Shown piece by piece: positions 27,711 to 37,924 of a stretch of 64,000 nt of DNA. This DNA is from an uncultured Chitinophaga sp. Lineage in GTDB: Bacteria; Bacteroidota; Bacteroidia; Chitinophagales; LD1. The notes beneath the pieces were generated by a model. The model was given only the letters and a program-made list of their open reading frames with translations. It was not told the origin of the DNA and ran no database searches. The stretch is from assembly GCA_964615305.1 (NCBI GenBank), contig CAZTNA010000017.1:400-64399 (forward strand). The letters run 5' to 3'. The translations under genes were made by a program, and so were the position numbers. Positions within the stretch are counted from its first letter, which is position 1; each line of letters starts with the position of its first letter.

Positions 27711-30308
27711 ATGAAACCAATTCTTACAACTCAAGCACCATTTCTTTATGGAAGGTGTATGACAAAGCAATTTTTTCTCTTGTGTCTTGTGTCTTCTGTC
27801 TGTTGCCTTTTACATGCTCAGGCCCTTAGCGGCACCAAACTAATTACCAATACCGGCAATGGCGACTACCTTTCACCCTATGATGCTGCACAAGATTGTA
27901 TCAGCAAAGGCATAGCCAACGGTGGAGTTATTTTTAATGTGCCGGCAGGCGAGAGTTTTGTAGACGGTATGTATTTCCCTGTTGCATTTCCAAGCAGTGC
28001 CGATAAGCCTGTTACTTTTCGCAAGTTTGGTAATGGTGCTAACCCCATCATTTATGTTTCAGGCGTAAGTAATCCAACCACGCAAGGAGGGTATTATGTA
28101 GGCGATGCCGGTATCTTTATTGACCGTGCCGACTATCTCACCTTCGATGGGTTGGATATCAGAACTATGCCTGTTCCGGCATTCCCGCAGGAAAAACTCG
28201 AATTCGGGTTTATACTTTATAAAACCAATACCAATGCCTGCGAGCATATTACCATTCGTAATTGCGGCATAACACTCGACCGCTCGCAGGATAAAACAGT
28301 GGGCATTTATGCCCCCGAGTCAGACTGGGACACGCATAGCTCGCTTCAACCCCAACCCGGTGGTGCGCATAATTATCTGTCTATAGAGAACAATCACATT
28401 TCGGGTGCCGAAAACGGTATTTTGCTGGGAGCGTCTACAGGTTCGCAGATGTCTAATCCCGATAAAAACATCACCATCAACGGCAATGTAATAGACCAAA
28501 TGAACGCTCGCTACAATTTTTGCACAGGTATTAGTGTTCCACATTCCGATTCACTAATTATTTCTAACTGTAGTATATCTACTGATGAAATAGGCCGGCA
28601 CGGAACACATGCTATTTTGTTGAGTAATACTGCGGGTACCGTAAGTATTTTCAACGACACCATTTCTGTTCAGGATTCAGTCGAAACTATAGGCATTTCC
28701 CTGCAGTATTACAGTACACAAGGAACTGCCGAAGTGCATCACAACGTACTTACTAACTGTTTGTTCATGTACAAAGCACCGTTTCAAAATGGTGCTAGTG
28801 GTGTAGGCATTCAGGCATGGGCTACTATTCCACGTCTTTTCATTCATCACAATATCGTTACCGAAAACTATTTCGAACGTCAGATGGGTTTTCTGGGCCG
28901 TTCGGCTGCCATACAAATAATAGGAAACGGTACAAAGGCGTATGTAGAAAACAATACCATTAGCGGGAATCACCTCCACTACAGCATCGGAGAGTTTTAC
29001 GGCATTAATGCCTATGGCAAGTATGATTCTATGTTTGTTAGCAGTAACTCTATTACTAATCAGTTTATTTATGAAGATGGTATTAACTCTGCCGGCTTTT
29101 ACGGCATTGGCGGAAACGAGCCGGCACTGAACACCGTGTTCGATACATCAGTACACGTTTATGAAAATAACCTCATAGAACAGCAGGATACCGGTCGTTA
29201 TCTGTTAGGTATTTCTAATCGAAACATCAGGCATTGCATAATACGCGGAAACACTGTCCGCAATTTTGTTACATCCAATACAGCTTGTGGTATAAGTGTA
29301 AATAACGATAACGCAAACCTGGGGATAGAAACCACTATTAGTGGAAACAGCATTTACAACATGAAAGGAAACGGGGAACTTGCCAATGGTAATATTACAG
29401 GTATCTCTGTGTTTTCGTCAAACACAGCCCACAACAGTTTTGCTTACTCCATTACCAACAACATGATTAGTGGCTTTAGCAATTATGCAACCGAAGCGTA
29501 CGGTATTCGTGCTTCAGTTATGCTGCAACCTGTAAACATATTGCACAACACAGTTAACCTTAAAGCATCAGATATATCCAACGATGAATTATGTGCTGGG
29601 ATGTATTTATACGGTTCTTCCACAGCCAAAAACACTTTGTTGTCTAACAACATTCTTCGCGTAACAGGTACAGTTACCGGCACTCAAAAATGTGTGGCAC
29701 TAATACTGCCAATGTGCGAGCAAATACTCGATAGCGCTAGTAACTACAATAACTTTTATGTCTCACCTATCGATACTTTTCATTTTGTGGGTGGAGGAAG
29801 TTGTTTTGGATCTTTAGATTCTCTTTTGCCTGATTTAAATGCATTGAAGACGCACTTAGATTACAGCAACAACAGTAGCATAAGTACAAACGTTGTTTTT
29901 GTAAACAATGATACAGATTTGCATTTAAGCGGGGCATCTGTCACCAATGCTGCTCTGAAAAAACCTCGTGCTATAGTTCTTACAGATTTCGATGGCGAAA
30001 CCCGTCCCGTTCAAACGTTTATTGGTGCCGATGAACCCGCGCAGCCTACAACTACCGAAGAAGTAAGCGCAGATAACATTCAGTGGGTATTGTATCCCAA
30101 TCCGGTTAATGATATTATGAATATTCACGCAGGCCAAACCGTATCGCAACTTTCAGTACTTGACCTGCAAGGTAGAGTAATTTTTACGGAAGAAAACTTG
30201 AGTGCTGAAACTGTCTCTGTGAGCACATCACAACTTGAAGCAGGAACTTATTTCTGTGTTGTAAAAACAGAAAACGGAACAGCCGTCAGAAAGTTTATAA
30301 AACAGTAA
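27711..30308 (+). CDS. T9SS type-A CTD secreted protein with right-handed parallel beta-helix repeats
   Basis: Recurrent ..I.NN.I.G.. / I..N.V.N beta-helix repeat signatures. The C-terminus is WVLYPNPVNDIMNIH...LSVLDLQGRVI...GTYFCVV. The signal peptide begins at Met17 (MTKQFFLLCLVSSVCCLLHAQA), so the start may be 27759. Confidence 0.85.
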   Translation: MKPILTTQAPFLYGRCMTKQFFLLCLVSSVCCLLHAQALSGTKLITNTGNGDYLSPYDAAQDCISKGIANGGVIFNVPAGESFVDGMYFPVAFPSSADKPVTFRKFGNGANPIIYVSGVSNPTTQGGYYVGDAGIFIDRADYLTFDGLDIRTMPVPAFPQEKLEFGFILYKTNTNACEHITIRNCGITLDRSQDKTVGIYAPESDWDTHSSLQPQPGGAHNYLSIENNHISGAENGILLGASTGSQMSNPDKNITINGNVIDQMNARYNFCTGISVPHSDSLIISNCSISTDEIGRHGTHAILLSNTAGTVSIFNDTISVQDSVETIGISLQYYSTQGTAEVHHNVLTNCLFMYKAPFQNGASGVGIQAWATIPRLFIHHNIVTENYFERQMGFLGRSAAIQIIGNGTKAYVENNTISGNHLHYSIGEFYGINAYGKYDSMFVSSNSITNQFIYEDGINSAGFYGIGGNEPALNTVFDTSVHVYENNLIEQQDTGRYLLGISNRNIRHCIIRGNTVRNFVTSNTACGISVNNDNANLGIETTISGNSIYNMKGNGELANGNITGISVFSSNTAHNSFAYSITNNMISGFSNYATEAYGIRASVMLQPVNILHNTVNLKASDISNDELCAGMYLYGSSTAKNTLLSNNILRVTGTVTGTQKCVALILPMCEQILDSASNYNNFYVSPIDTFHFVGGGSCFGSLDSLLPDLNALKTHLDYSNNSSISTNVVFVNNDTDLHLSGASVTNAALKKPRAIVLTDFDGETRPVQTFIGADEPAQPTTTEEVSADNIQWVLYPNPVNDIMNIHAGQTVSQLSVLDLQGRVIFTEENLSAETVSVSTSQLEAGTYFCVVKTENGTAVRKFIKQ

Positions 30309-30353
30309 ATACGGTTTAAAGAATTGGTTTCAGAAAATCCCCGTGAGGTGCTC

Positions 30354-30497
30354 GCACTTCCGGGGATAGTTTTTTCGCGCGTTAAGGTTTTTACCGACAG
30401 CAGCGAAAAAACCGTGGCAGCCGCGTTTAAAAAGTTTGGTGATAAGTATGACGGAGGTGATGTGCGGATGGTGTTGAATTTTGCACTGCAGAATTGA
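30354..30497 (+). pseudogene. relic of the C-terminus of a second Pif1-like helicase gene
   Basis: The frame is open from 30309 with no start codon. It reads ALPGIVFSRVKVFTDSSEKTVAAAFKKFGDKYDGGDVRMVLNFALQN*. This aligns with residues ALPAEIINPVKAYLLDSNEKSVSAVFRKFGDKYDGSDVRMILNHVL of the 23678..25858 helicase (24/37 identical in the core by hand alignment). Confidence 0.8.
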
Positions 30498-30572
30498 GAA
30501 ATAACAGCAGATTTACTCTGCTAAATGTATTCCCCCCTTTACCGAACGGTTCACCATTAGTGAAACCGAATA

Positions 30573-31088
30573 CTACTTTAGCCACGAAACACCTTCGCTC
30601 CACGATGCTCGGTTGCTCTTTGCCGTACCGTTTGCCAGGCGTTTCTTTATTATCTCGCGCAGTTCTTCGGTAGTGGAGTATTTTTCGTTTTTAAACGTGA
30701 TGGGGTTTAACTCATAGGTTACTGCCGAATCACCTCCCATAACTAAAAGGTATTCGAGTATATAAATCGGGTATGTGGTTTTGCCATCCGATGTTTTTTT
30801 CTCTACATAAAAAAGTTCGGTACCGCTGATTTTGGTGTAATAGCCCGTGTAGTTTTCGCTGCCTAATGGAGCCCACACTTTTACTTTATAGGAGTAATCT
30901 CCAAGTGGCTTAATCAGCACGCTGTCTATATCGTACCCACTCTGCCTGCAAATAAATTTTCCGCCAGACCACAGGTGCTTTGTTTCTTCTTTGCCGGGAT
31001 AACCGGGTGGCACGGAACTTTCATACGGGCAGCCGCATAATACCAACAGACAGCCAATAACTGCGGTGAATTGTATTGCTTTTTTCAT
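30573..31088 (-). CDS. hypothetical lipoprotein (171 aa)
   Basis: Lipobox LVLCGC after the signal peptide. No domain recognised. Confidence 0.6.
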   Translation of the reverse strand: MKKAIQFTAVIGCLLVLCGCPYESSVPPGYPGKEETKHLWSGGKFICRQSGYDIDSVLIKPLGDYSYKVKVWAPLGSENYTGYYTKISGTELFYVEKKTSDGKTTYPIYILEYLLVMGGDSAVTYELNPITFKNEKYSTTEELREIIKKRLANGTAKSNRASWSEGVSWLK

Positions 31089-31102
31089 ATAATGGCTTTT
31101 GA

Positions 31103-31624
31103 TTAAAAAAGAAAACAGGCAAAAAACTCATCGGCCGATTTGTGGCACATATAAACGCTATCCACTTTATCATTCTTTAGTTTTATCACCAGGCAGCCAT
31201 ACCCGGTTTTATAAAACACAAATACAGCATCGTTGACCGTTTCGGTTTTTATTTCTTCGCTGTTTATCAGCTTATCCGCCTGCTCAATGGTTTTGCCTAA
31301 CAGCGCCACCGACTCGGTTCCGGTAAACTCCTTGTTTACTTCAATATATCCGGCTTGGGTGAAAAAGCGGAAACCATTCTTATCGTAAAACAAACCTACC
31401 ATACATTCGTTAGGATTTGCTTCGCCAAAAAGATTTTCTGAAGTATAACAAGGCTGGGCTTTTATTATCGCTTGGTGTTCATCAACGGGCGATAATTTGC
31501 TGATTGTTCCGGTTCGGATATCTGCCACTACATTTTTACAGGCGGGTGCAGATATTGAATTTAAAGCAGCAGTTGTTTTAAACACAACTAATAAAAACGC
31601 TAACACAGGAAAACACTTTTTCAT
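31103..31624 (-). CDS. hypothetical secreted protein (173 aa)
   Basis: Signal peptide MKKCFPVLAFLLVVFKTTAA. No domain recognised. Confidence 0.6.
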   Translation of the reverse strand: MKKCFPVLAFLLVVFKTTAALNSISAPACKNVVADIRTGTISKLSPVDEHQAIIKAQPCYTSENLFGEANPNECMVGLFYDKNGFRFFTQAGYIEVNKEFTGTESVALLGKTIEQADKLINSEEIKTETVNDAVFVFYKTGYGCLVIKLKNDKVDSVYMCHKSADEFFACFLF

Positions 31625-31771
31625 AAGTGTTCAATTTCCTCTCAAAGGTAGTAACCCAACTTCAAATTAGTATGACTTTCATCAGGTATGTTAACTAAAA
31701 TTACCTGTAGAGAAAATACCAATGGCGATAAACCTGGCAACTACATCTTAGCAGATTGAATATTACGCACT

Positions 31772-32683
31772 CTAATCTTTCACACAACGAACACTCACCC
31801 CATTTTTTTTAGGAAACCCCTCAATGCCAATCCCATTGCCATTGTTATCTGCAACATACAGGTTAATTGGATCAAAGTCACTGCTAAGGGTAGATGACCA
31901 AAAACGAGAATAAGTGCCAAAATCGTTATCATAGTACGTGCCGTCTAAAAGTCTGAAACCTAAACTCAAAACTGTAAATCCGGTAGAGTTGGTAGGTGCA
32001 TCTGTAGGCCATGAGCTAACATCTTTTAATGCTGCGGCACTATACTCTCCACCTGCGGCAGTACGCAATGCAATAAAGTCGGCTTCGGTAGGTACACGCC
32101 AACCGGTAGGGCAAAGTTTGCCGGTTTCAACCGCGTACCAGTTATATAATCTGCCGAAACTTTCATTGGCGGGATTGTCGTTGAAAAGCGCACAGGCTCC
32201 GGTGGTGGTGTTAGACCAATCTGTATTGTTTAGTCCCGTAGTTATAGCTGTATTATCATTGTACTTGGTCGTTTTGAGGTTCTGCTTCATCCAACATTGG
32301 TTACCAATTTTTACAACATCATATACGTTGTTGTCAATGTCAGTTACAGTAGCATCGCAGTTGCCGCCACCACTAACAGTAAATTCAGGTGTGAAAATGC
32401 AAATATCACTCTTGCAATTACCTTTTCCTGTTACTGTGCACGAATAAGTTCCGGAACCCGGATTTGCTATTGTTTGTGTGGTGGCACCCGTACTCCATTT
32501 GTATATTATATCCGATGACATATTTGTGGATACTTGCAACTCGCCCGTAGTCAGTTGGCTTATGGTAGCTGATTTTCCTTGACAGGGTGGAGGCTTTAAC
32601 GGATTGCAGCCTTGTCCTTCACAGTCGCAGCAAGAGAGATAAACAGCAAGTGCTAAAAGTGTAAGTATTGTTTTTAAATCCAT
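31772..32683 (-). CDS. FISUMP (Fibrobacter succinogenes major paralogous) domain protein
   Basis: D.DNNVY..VKIGNQCWMKQNL...GRLYNWYAV...LCPTGWRVPTEADF...FWSST...SVRCVKD matches the TIGR02145-type domain. Confidence 0.8.
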   Translation of the reverse strand: MDLKTILTLLALAVYLSCCDCEGQGCNPLKPPPCQGKSATISQLTTGELQVSTNMSSDIIYKWSTGATTQTIANPGSGTYSCTVTGKGNCKSDICIFTPEFTVSGGGNCDATVTDIDNNVYDVVKIGNQCWMKQNLKTTKYNDNTAITTGLNNTDWSNTTTGACALFNDNPANESFGRLYNWYAVETGKLCPTGWRVPTEADFIALRTAAGGEYSAAALKDVSSWPTDAPTNSTGFTVLSLGFRLLDGTYYDNDFGTYSRFWSSTLSSDFDPINLYVADNNGNGIGIEGFPKKNGVSVRCVKD

Positions 32684-32767
32684 AACCTTAGTGTTTGGTG
32701 AAGTATCCGTGAAAATAAACTATACTTTTGAAGGCATACAAATTTCTTCAAACTCAAAATTTCAGTT

Positions 32768-34480
32768 ATGGAAAAAGTTTGCGTACCTGTAATCTGTTTG
32801 TTGCTTACAATCAACTGTCAGTTGAAAGCGCAAAACTACCTGTGGGCGCATGTGCTGGGAGGCACGTACGACATAGAAATTACTTCAGTTACTGAAGATA
32901 ACAACGGACATGTAATTGTAGCCGGCAACAATAGCGACACAACCGATTTAGATCCTGGTTCCGGAACAGCATATACTATTGCCAATGGTGTCCGCGATGC
33001 ATTTTTTGCCAAGTACGATGCTTCAGGCAATTTTATTTGGGCAAAAAGTACACAGTCCGATCCTGTGAATTCCAGCGCATTTGTGCTTACTATGACCACC
33101 GATGCAAGCGGAAACATTTTTATGGCAGGCGCTTTTCAGGGCACGGTTGATTTTGACCCAGGTGCCGGAGTTCAGCAGTTAACTTCTCCAACAAGTTTTG
33201 AAGATATGTTTCTGGCAAAGTTCGATAACAACGGAAATTATCTGTGGGCAAAACGAATGGGTGGCAAGTTGGAGGACAGAGTAACAAAAATATCTGTAGA
33301 TGATAACGGTGATTTATATGTTGTCGGTTATTTTTCCGATACAATTGACTTTGATCCCGGTACAGGCGTTGCGGAGTTGATGGTAACACCAAATCCGGCT
33401 GCCACCAATTTGGTTTTTGCCAAATACACCGCCAATGGCGATTATGTTTTCGCCCACTCTCTTGCAACTAACACGCGCAAAATTGATGTTGCTGCATCAG
33501 GCAATGCAGTAGTAGTAACCGGAACGTTTACCGACACGGTTGATTTCGAACCCGATGCAGGTGTTGCCAACCTGAACGGCAATTCGTTTATGAATTTATT
33601 TTTTGCGAAATACGATAATGCCGGCAATTATATTTATGCCAATATGATTCAGACTGCGGATATAGCCTGGTTGTATTCGGGCGGAAAGACTATTGCTGCG
33701 GATAACTCAGGAAACATTTACATCATCGGCCACCACGGGGCTAACTGCGATTTTGACCCCGGTGCAGGCACTGCTATCAAGAACGGCACCTTTGGTAACG
33801 CTATGTTTATTGCCAAGTACGATGCCAATGGAAATTACCAGTGGGTAAAGAGTTTCGACCACAATGGCAATAGTATGGACGCCATTGCTTTAGAAGATAA
33901 CGGAACGGTTGTAGTGGTAGGGCGGATTTTGACCGCGGCAGATTTTGACCCGGATGGAGGCACAGCAATACTCAGTTGTCCGGCCACCTATAGTTCTTTC
34001 ATTGGTAAATACAACGGCAGTAACGGCAATTATCAACAGGCATATACTTTTTGCGCGGTTGGTAGTTTTAGTGACTTATCTGCCAAAGCCGGGCATATTT
34101 ATCTTTCAGGGCTATTCCCCTTAGGAGAAGACAGCATTGATTTAGCGCCCGGTTCACAGGATGTATTTCACTACAAAGTAGCTGACCACAATATGTTTTT
34201 CGGCAAGTATGTTTCGGTTGCTTCATCGGTTGAAGAGAACAGTTTCGACAGTAATACATGGCAGATTTATCCCAATCCAGCAAACGATGTTTTGTTTGTA
34301 AAGAGCGAAGAACCGATTGGTTCACCTGTAACCATTTACAATATTCAAATGCAACAAGTAGTGGTGAGTGTGGCAAATGCGAATCAGCAACTGGTATCGG
34401 TTGATGTTTCGAACTTATCTCCGGGTGTTTACGTAGTTAGTATCAACGATATTGTTCGAAGCAGATTTGTGAAGCAGTAA
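32768..34480 (+). CDS. T9SS type-A CTD secreted protein with SBBP-like beta-propeller repeats
   Basis: At least 8 repeats of the form FFAKYD.SGN..WAK...G...D....D..GN.Y..G.F..T.DFDPG.G. The C-terminus is WQIYPNPANDVLFV...IYNIQMQQV...GVYVVSI. Confidence 0.85.
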   Translation: MEKVCVPVICLLLTINCQLKAQNYLWAHVLGGTYDIEITSVTEDNNGHVIVAGNNSDTTDLDPGSGTAYTIANGVRDAFFAKYDASGNFIWAKSTQSDPVNSSAFVLTMTTDASGNIFMAGAFQGTVDFDPGAGVQQLTSPTSFEDMFLAKFDNNGNYLWAKRMGGKLEDRVTKISVDDNGDLYVVGYFSDTIDFDPGTGVAELMVTPNPAATNLVFAKYTANGDYVFAHSLATNTRKIDVAASGNAVVVTGTFTDTVDFEPDAGVANLNGNSFMNLFFAKYDNAGNYIYANMIQTADIAWLYSGGKTIAADNSGNIYIIGHHGANCDFDPGAGTAIKNGTFGNAMFIAKYDANGNYQWVKSFDHNGNSMDAIALEDNGTVVVVGRILTAADFDPDGGTAILSCPATYSSFIGKYNGSNGNYQQAYTFCAVGSFSDLSAKAGHIYLSGLFPLGEDSIDLAPGSQDVFHYKVADHNMFFGKYVSVASSVEENSFDSNTWQIYPNPANDVLFVKSEEPIGSPVTIYNIQMQQVVVSVANANQQLVSVDVSNLSPGVYVVSINDIVRSRFVKQ

Positions 34481-34636
34481 TTAATATTCTACTCAACCAC
34501 TTGTTTCTTTCAAATCCATAACTAGATGCCTGTTCTAATCTTGCCTAAATAGTTTACTCTTTAGCTATTTCGTATCTATAATGATATATTATTTTTTGGT
34601 AAATATTATTTATCCTTACTTACAAATTACTAATCA

Positions 34637-35353
34637 ATGAAAACTATCTATCTGTTTTTTGCTACCATGTTCACCTTTTCAACTAGTAATGCAGCAATAC
34701 ATTATACAAGCATTCATGAGAGTATATACCACAACAATCTATCTTTCGATATTGACCTTGATGGCGACAACGATTTCTATTTAGATTACGATTATTATGG
34801 CAATTCGAGTTATATGATTCGCTGTGCGAAATCTACCAGTTATGTTGCTATGGATCCGCAAAACAATAAAGTGAAAGAATATTCTGATGGCACGGGCTTA
34901 GGGACATATTTTTGGTACACAGGCGAATTGCTTATAGATAATTTCTTGAATAAATCAAAAAACATAGCCATCAAATTCAATAGTGGCTCAAACACGTACT
35001 ACGGGTGGATATATGTTTATACTTACGTGGGGCATATCTACGTAGGTGGCTATGCTTATGAAGATAATCCCGGTCAGTTAATCACTATGGGCAATGATGG
35101 TACAACCTCTATTGAAAAAGTTAAGAATCTACTATTCGGTTTTGTAAACAGCCAGCCAAACGAAATTGCATTCAAGGACTGCACAGCGTTTGACAAAGTA
35201 TCTCTTTACAGCATGGATGGTAAGCAGGTAAAAGAAATTGTTAACCCTGTAGCTTATCAGAGTTATTCAATTGATCAAAGTAATTGTATGGTGATGCTTT
35301 TGTTTTACAAAAACGAAAAACTGCTTTCTACCCAAAAGCATTTTCTGCGATAG
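34637..35353 (+). CDS. hypothetical secreted protein (238 aa), possibly with a degenerate T9SS tail
   Basis: Signal peptide. The C-terminus VSLYSMDGKQVKEI... resembles the distal part of type-A CTDs, but the NP..D motif is missing. Confidence 0.55.
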   Translation: MKTIYLFFATMFTFSTSNAAIHYTSIHESIYHNNLSFDIDLDGDNDFYLDYDYYGNSSYMIRCAKSTSYVAMDPQNNKVKEYSDGTGLGTYFWYTGELLIDNFLNKSKNIAIKFNSGSNTYYGWIYVYTYVGHIYVGGYAYEDNPGQLITMGNDGTTSIEKVKNLLFGFVNSQPNEIAFKDCTAFDKVSLYSMDGKQVKEIVNPVAYQSYSIDQSNCMVMLLFYKNEKLLSTQKHFLR

Positions 35354-35458
35354 CATCAGTACAATTGCTCAACGAAAGGGCGAACTATGAAGTTGTGCAA
35401 CTCATCAGGTTGTCTATACAACTGTTTCAGAGATTTGATTTATACGATTTGGCTTAAG

Positions 35459-35478
35459 ATTAGCGAATATTCGCTAAT
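35459..35478. promoter_or_regulatory. perfect 20-bp palindrome ATTAGCGAATATTCGCTAAT upstream of aconitase
   Basis: Every position 35459-35468 pairs with 35478-35469. It lies 95 nt upstream of the ATG at 35573. Confidence 0.5.
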
Positions 35479-35572
35479 TACTTTTCCCTTGTGCTAAATA
35501 CTTCTACATTAGCGCCCGCATTTTGGCATTTAATCCAAATACTAATTACTAACTTCAAAATACCTCTGAAAA

Positions 35573-37840
35573 ATGGCATTTGATATTGAAATGATTAAAA
35601 AGGTTTATGCAGAACTACCCTCAAAAATTGCAGCAGCACGCAAAGTGCTGAACCGCCCTTTAACCCTTACCGAGAAAATTCTTTACTCGCACTTACACGC
35701 TTCGCAAAAGTTGGAAGATTTCCAAAGAGGAAAATCGTATGTTGATTTTGCTCCTGACCGCGTAGCCATGCAAGATGCTACAGCCCAAATGGCTTTGCTA
35801 CAGTTTATGCAAGCCGGCCGCCCGAAAGTGGCTGTGCCTTCAACCGTTCACTGCGACCACCTGATAACTGCAAAAGATGGTTCTAAAACCGACTTAGCTG
35901 CGGCTACTTCAGGCAATAAAGAAGTGTATGATTTCCTCGCTTCGGTTTCTAACAAGTACGGAATCGGTTTCTGGAAACCCGGTGCCGGTATCATTCATCA
36001 GATTGTGCTGGAGAACTATGCTTTCCCCGGAGGGATGATGATAGGCACCGACAGCCACACGGTAAATGCCGGTGGACTTGGAATGGTAGCCATAGGTGTA
36101 GGCGGTGCCGATGCTTGTGATGTAATGGCGGGTTTGGCTTGGGAATTAAAGCAACCAAAACTAATAGGAGTGAAGCTCACCGGAAAACTAAGCGGATGGA
36201 CTTCGCCTAAAGATGTAATCTTAAAAGTGGCGGGTATCCTTACTGTAAAAGGGGGAACCGGTGCTATTGTTGAATACTTTGGCGAAGGCGCTGTGAACAT
36301 GAGTTGTACTGGTAAAGGAACCATCTGCAACATGGGTGCGGAAATCGGGGCTACTACTTCAACTTTCGGATATGACGAAAGCATGAGCCGTTATTTAAGT
36401 GCCACAGGTCGTGCTGACGTAGCTGCTGCTGCCGATGCGGTGAAAGAACATCTCACTGCGGATGCTGAAGTGTATGCAAACCCGGAAAAGTATTTTGACC
36501 AGTTGATTGAAATCAATCTTTCTGAGTTAGAACCATATATCAATGGTCCTTTCACACCTGATTTAGCTACACCAATTTCTAAAATGAAAGAAGCCGCTGC
36601 CGCAAACAACTGGCCAACTAAAGTGAGTGTTGGTTTAATTGGTTCTTGCACCAACTCTTCTTATGAAGATATTTCGCGCGCAGTTTCTCTCGCTAAACAG
36701 GTAGCAACTAAAAACCTGAAATCAAAAGCTGAATTCAGCATCACTCCGGGCTCAGAACAAATCCGTTTCACTATCGAGCGCGATGGTTTCATTGATACCT
36801 TCAACAAAATAGGTGCAACAGTTTACGCTAACGCTTGCGGCCCTTGCATTGGTATGTGGGCTCGTCACGGTGCCGATAAGCAGGAGCGCAACACCATCGT
36901 TCACTCATTCAACCGTAACTTTGCTAAACGTCAGGACGGAAACCCAAATACATTGGCATTTGTTGCTTCGCCTGAGTTAACTACAGCTTTGGCAATTTCT
37001 GGTGATTTGACTTTCAACCCGCTGACTGATACTTTAACGAATGAAAAAGGTGAGCAGGTAAAATTAGATGCACCAACCGGTGATGAATTACCGACAAGAG
37101 GTTTTGCAGTGGAAGATGCCGGCTTTATTGCTCCTATAGAAGATGGCAGCAAGGTGGAAGTAAAAGTAAATCTAACTTCTGACCGTCTTCAATTACTGGC
37201 TCCGTTTGCTGCATGGGAAGGAACCGACCTGAAAGGATTGCGTCTGCTTATCAAAGCAAAAGGCAAGTGCACTACCGACCATATTTCCATGGCAGGCCCT
37301 TGGTTAAAATATCGCGGACACTTAGACAACATCAGCAACAACATGTTGATTGGTGCCACTAACTTCTACAACGAAAAAACAAACTCTGTAAAGAATCAGT
37401 TAACCGGTGAGTATGGTGAAGTGCCTGCCGTGCAGCGCGCTTACAAAGCAGCGGGCATCGGTTCAATTGTAGTAGGTGACGAAAACTACGGTGAAGGTTC
37501 TTCACGTGAACATGCCGCTATGGAGCCACGCTTCTTGGGCGTTCGTGCTGTATTAGTTAAATCATTTGCGCGTATCCACGAAACCAATTTGAAGAAACAG
37601 GGAATGTTGGGTTTAACTTTCGTAAACAAAGACGACTACAACAAAATTCAGGAAGATGATGTAGTGGACATTCTTGGTCTTACATCATTTGCTCCCGGAA
37701 AAAACCTCACTATACAACTCACTCACTCTAACGGTTCAACAGAATCTTTCGAAGTAGCTCACACATACAACGTGCAACAGGTAGAGTGGTTCAAAGCCGG
37801 TGGTGCGCTGAATATTATAAGAGCAAGTGTAGGCAAGTAA
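35573..37840 (+). CDS. acnA: aconitate hydratase (mitochondrial-type, about 755 aa)
   Basis: [35 protein letters not shown] and [12 protein letters not shown] are aconitase Fe-S ligand and active-site motifs. Confidence 0.95.
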   Translation: MAFDIEMIKKVYAELPSKIAAARKVLNRPLTLTEKILYSHLHASQKLEDFQRGKSYVDFAPDRVAMQDATAQMALLQFMQAGRPKVAVPSTVHCDHLITAKDGSKTDLAAATSGNKEVYDFLASVSNKYGIGFWKPGAGIIHQIVLENYAFPGGMMIGTDSHTVNAGGLGMVAIGVGGADACDVMAGLAWELKQPKLIGVKLTGKLSGWTSPKDVILKVAGILTVKGGTGAIVEYFGEGAVNMSCTGKGTICNMGAEIGATTSTFGYDESMSRYLSATGRADVAAAADAVKEHLTADAEVYANPEKYFDQLIEINLSELEPYINGPFTPDLATPISKMKEAAAANNWPTKVSVGLIGSCTNSSYEDISRAVSLAKQVATKNLKSKAEFSITPGSEQIRFTIERDGFIDTFNKIGATVYANACGPCIGMWARHGADKQERNTIVHSFNRNFAKRQDGNPNTLAFVASPELTTALAISGDLTFNPLTDTLTNEKGEQVKLDAPTGDELPTRGFAVEDAGFIAPIEDGSKVEVKVNLTSDRLQLLAPFAAWEGTDLKGLRLLIKAKGKCTTDHISMAGPWLKYRGHLDNISNNMLIGATNFYNEKTNSVKNQLTGEYGEVPAVQRAYKAAGIGSIVVGDENYGEGSSREHAAMEPRFLGVRAVLVKSFARIHETNLKKQGMLGLTFVNKDDYNKIQEDDVVDILGLTSFAPGKNLTIQLTHSNGSTESFEVAHTYNVQQVEWFKAGGALNIIRASVGK

Positions 37841-37864
37841 ACTTTAATTGAACTTTTACGTTCC

Positions 37865-37896
37865 AAAAAGCGTGGAGATTTTTCCACGCTTTTTTG
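37865..37896. terminator. Rho-independent terminator after aconitase (A-tract/stem/T-tract, potentially bidirectional)
   Basis: AGCGTGGA (37869-37876) pairs with TCCACGCT (37883-37890), followed by TTTTT. Confidence 0.75.
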
Positions 37897-37924
37897 TTTC
37901 CATGAAAATTATTTGTTTTCAAGA

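Noticed and set aside
31938-32447. 169-aa plus-strand ORF antisense to the FISUMP gene
   Set aside because: The minus-strand frame carries the complete FISUMP signature and a signal peptide. The plus-strand translation has no features.
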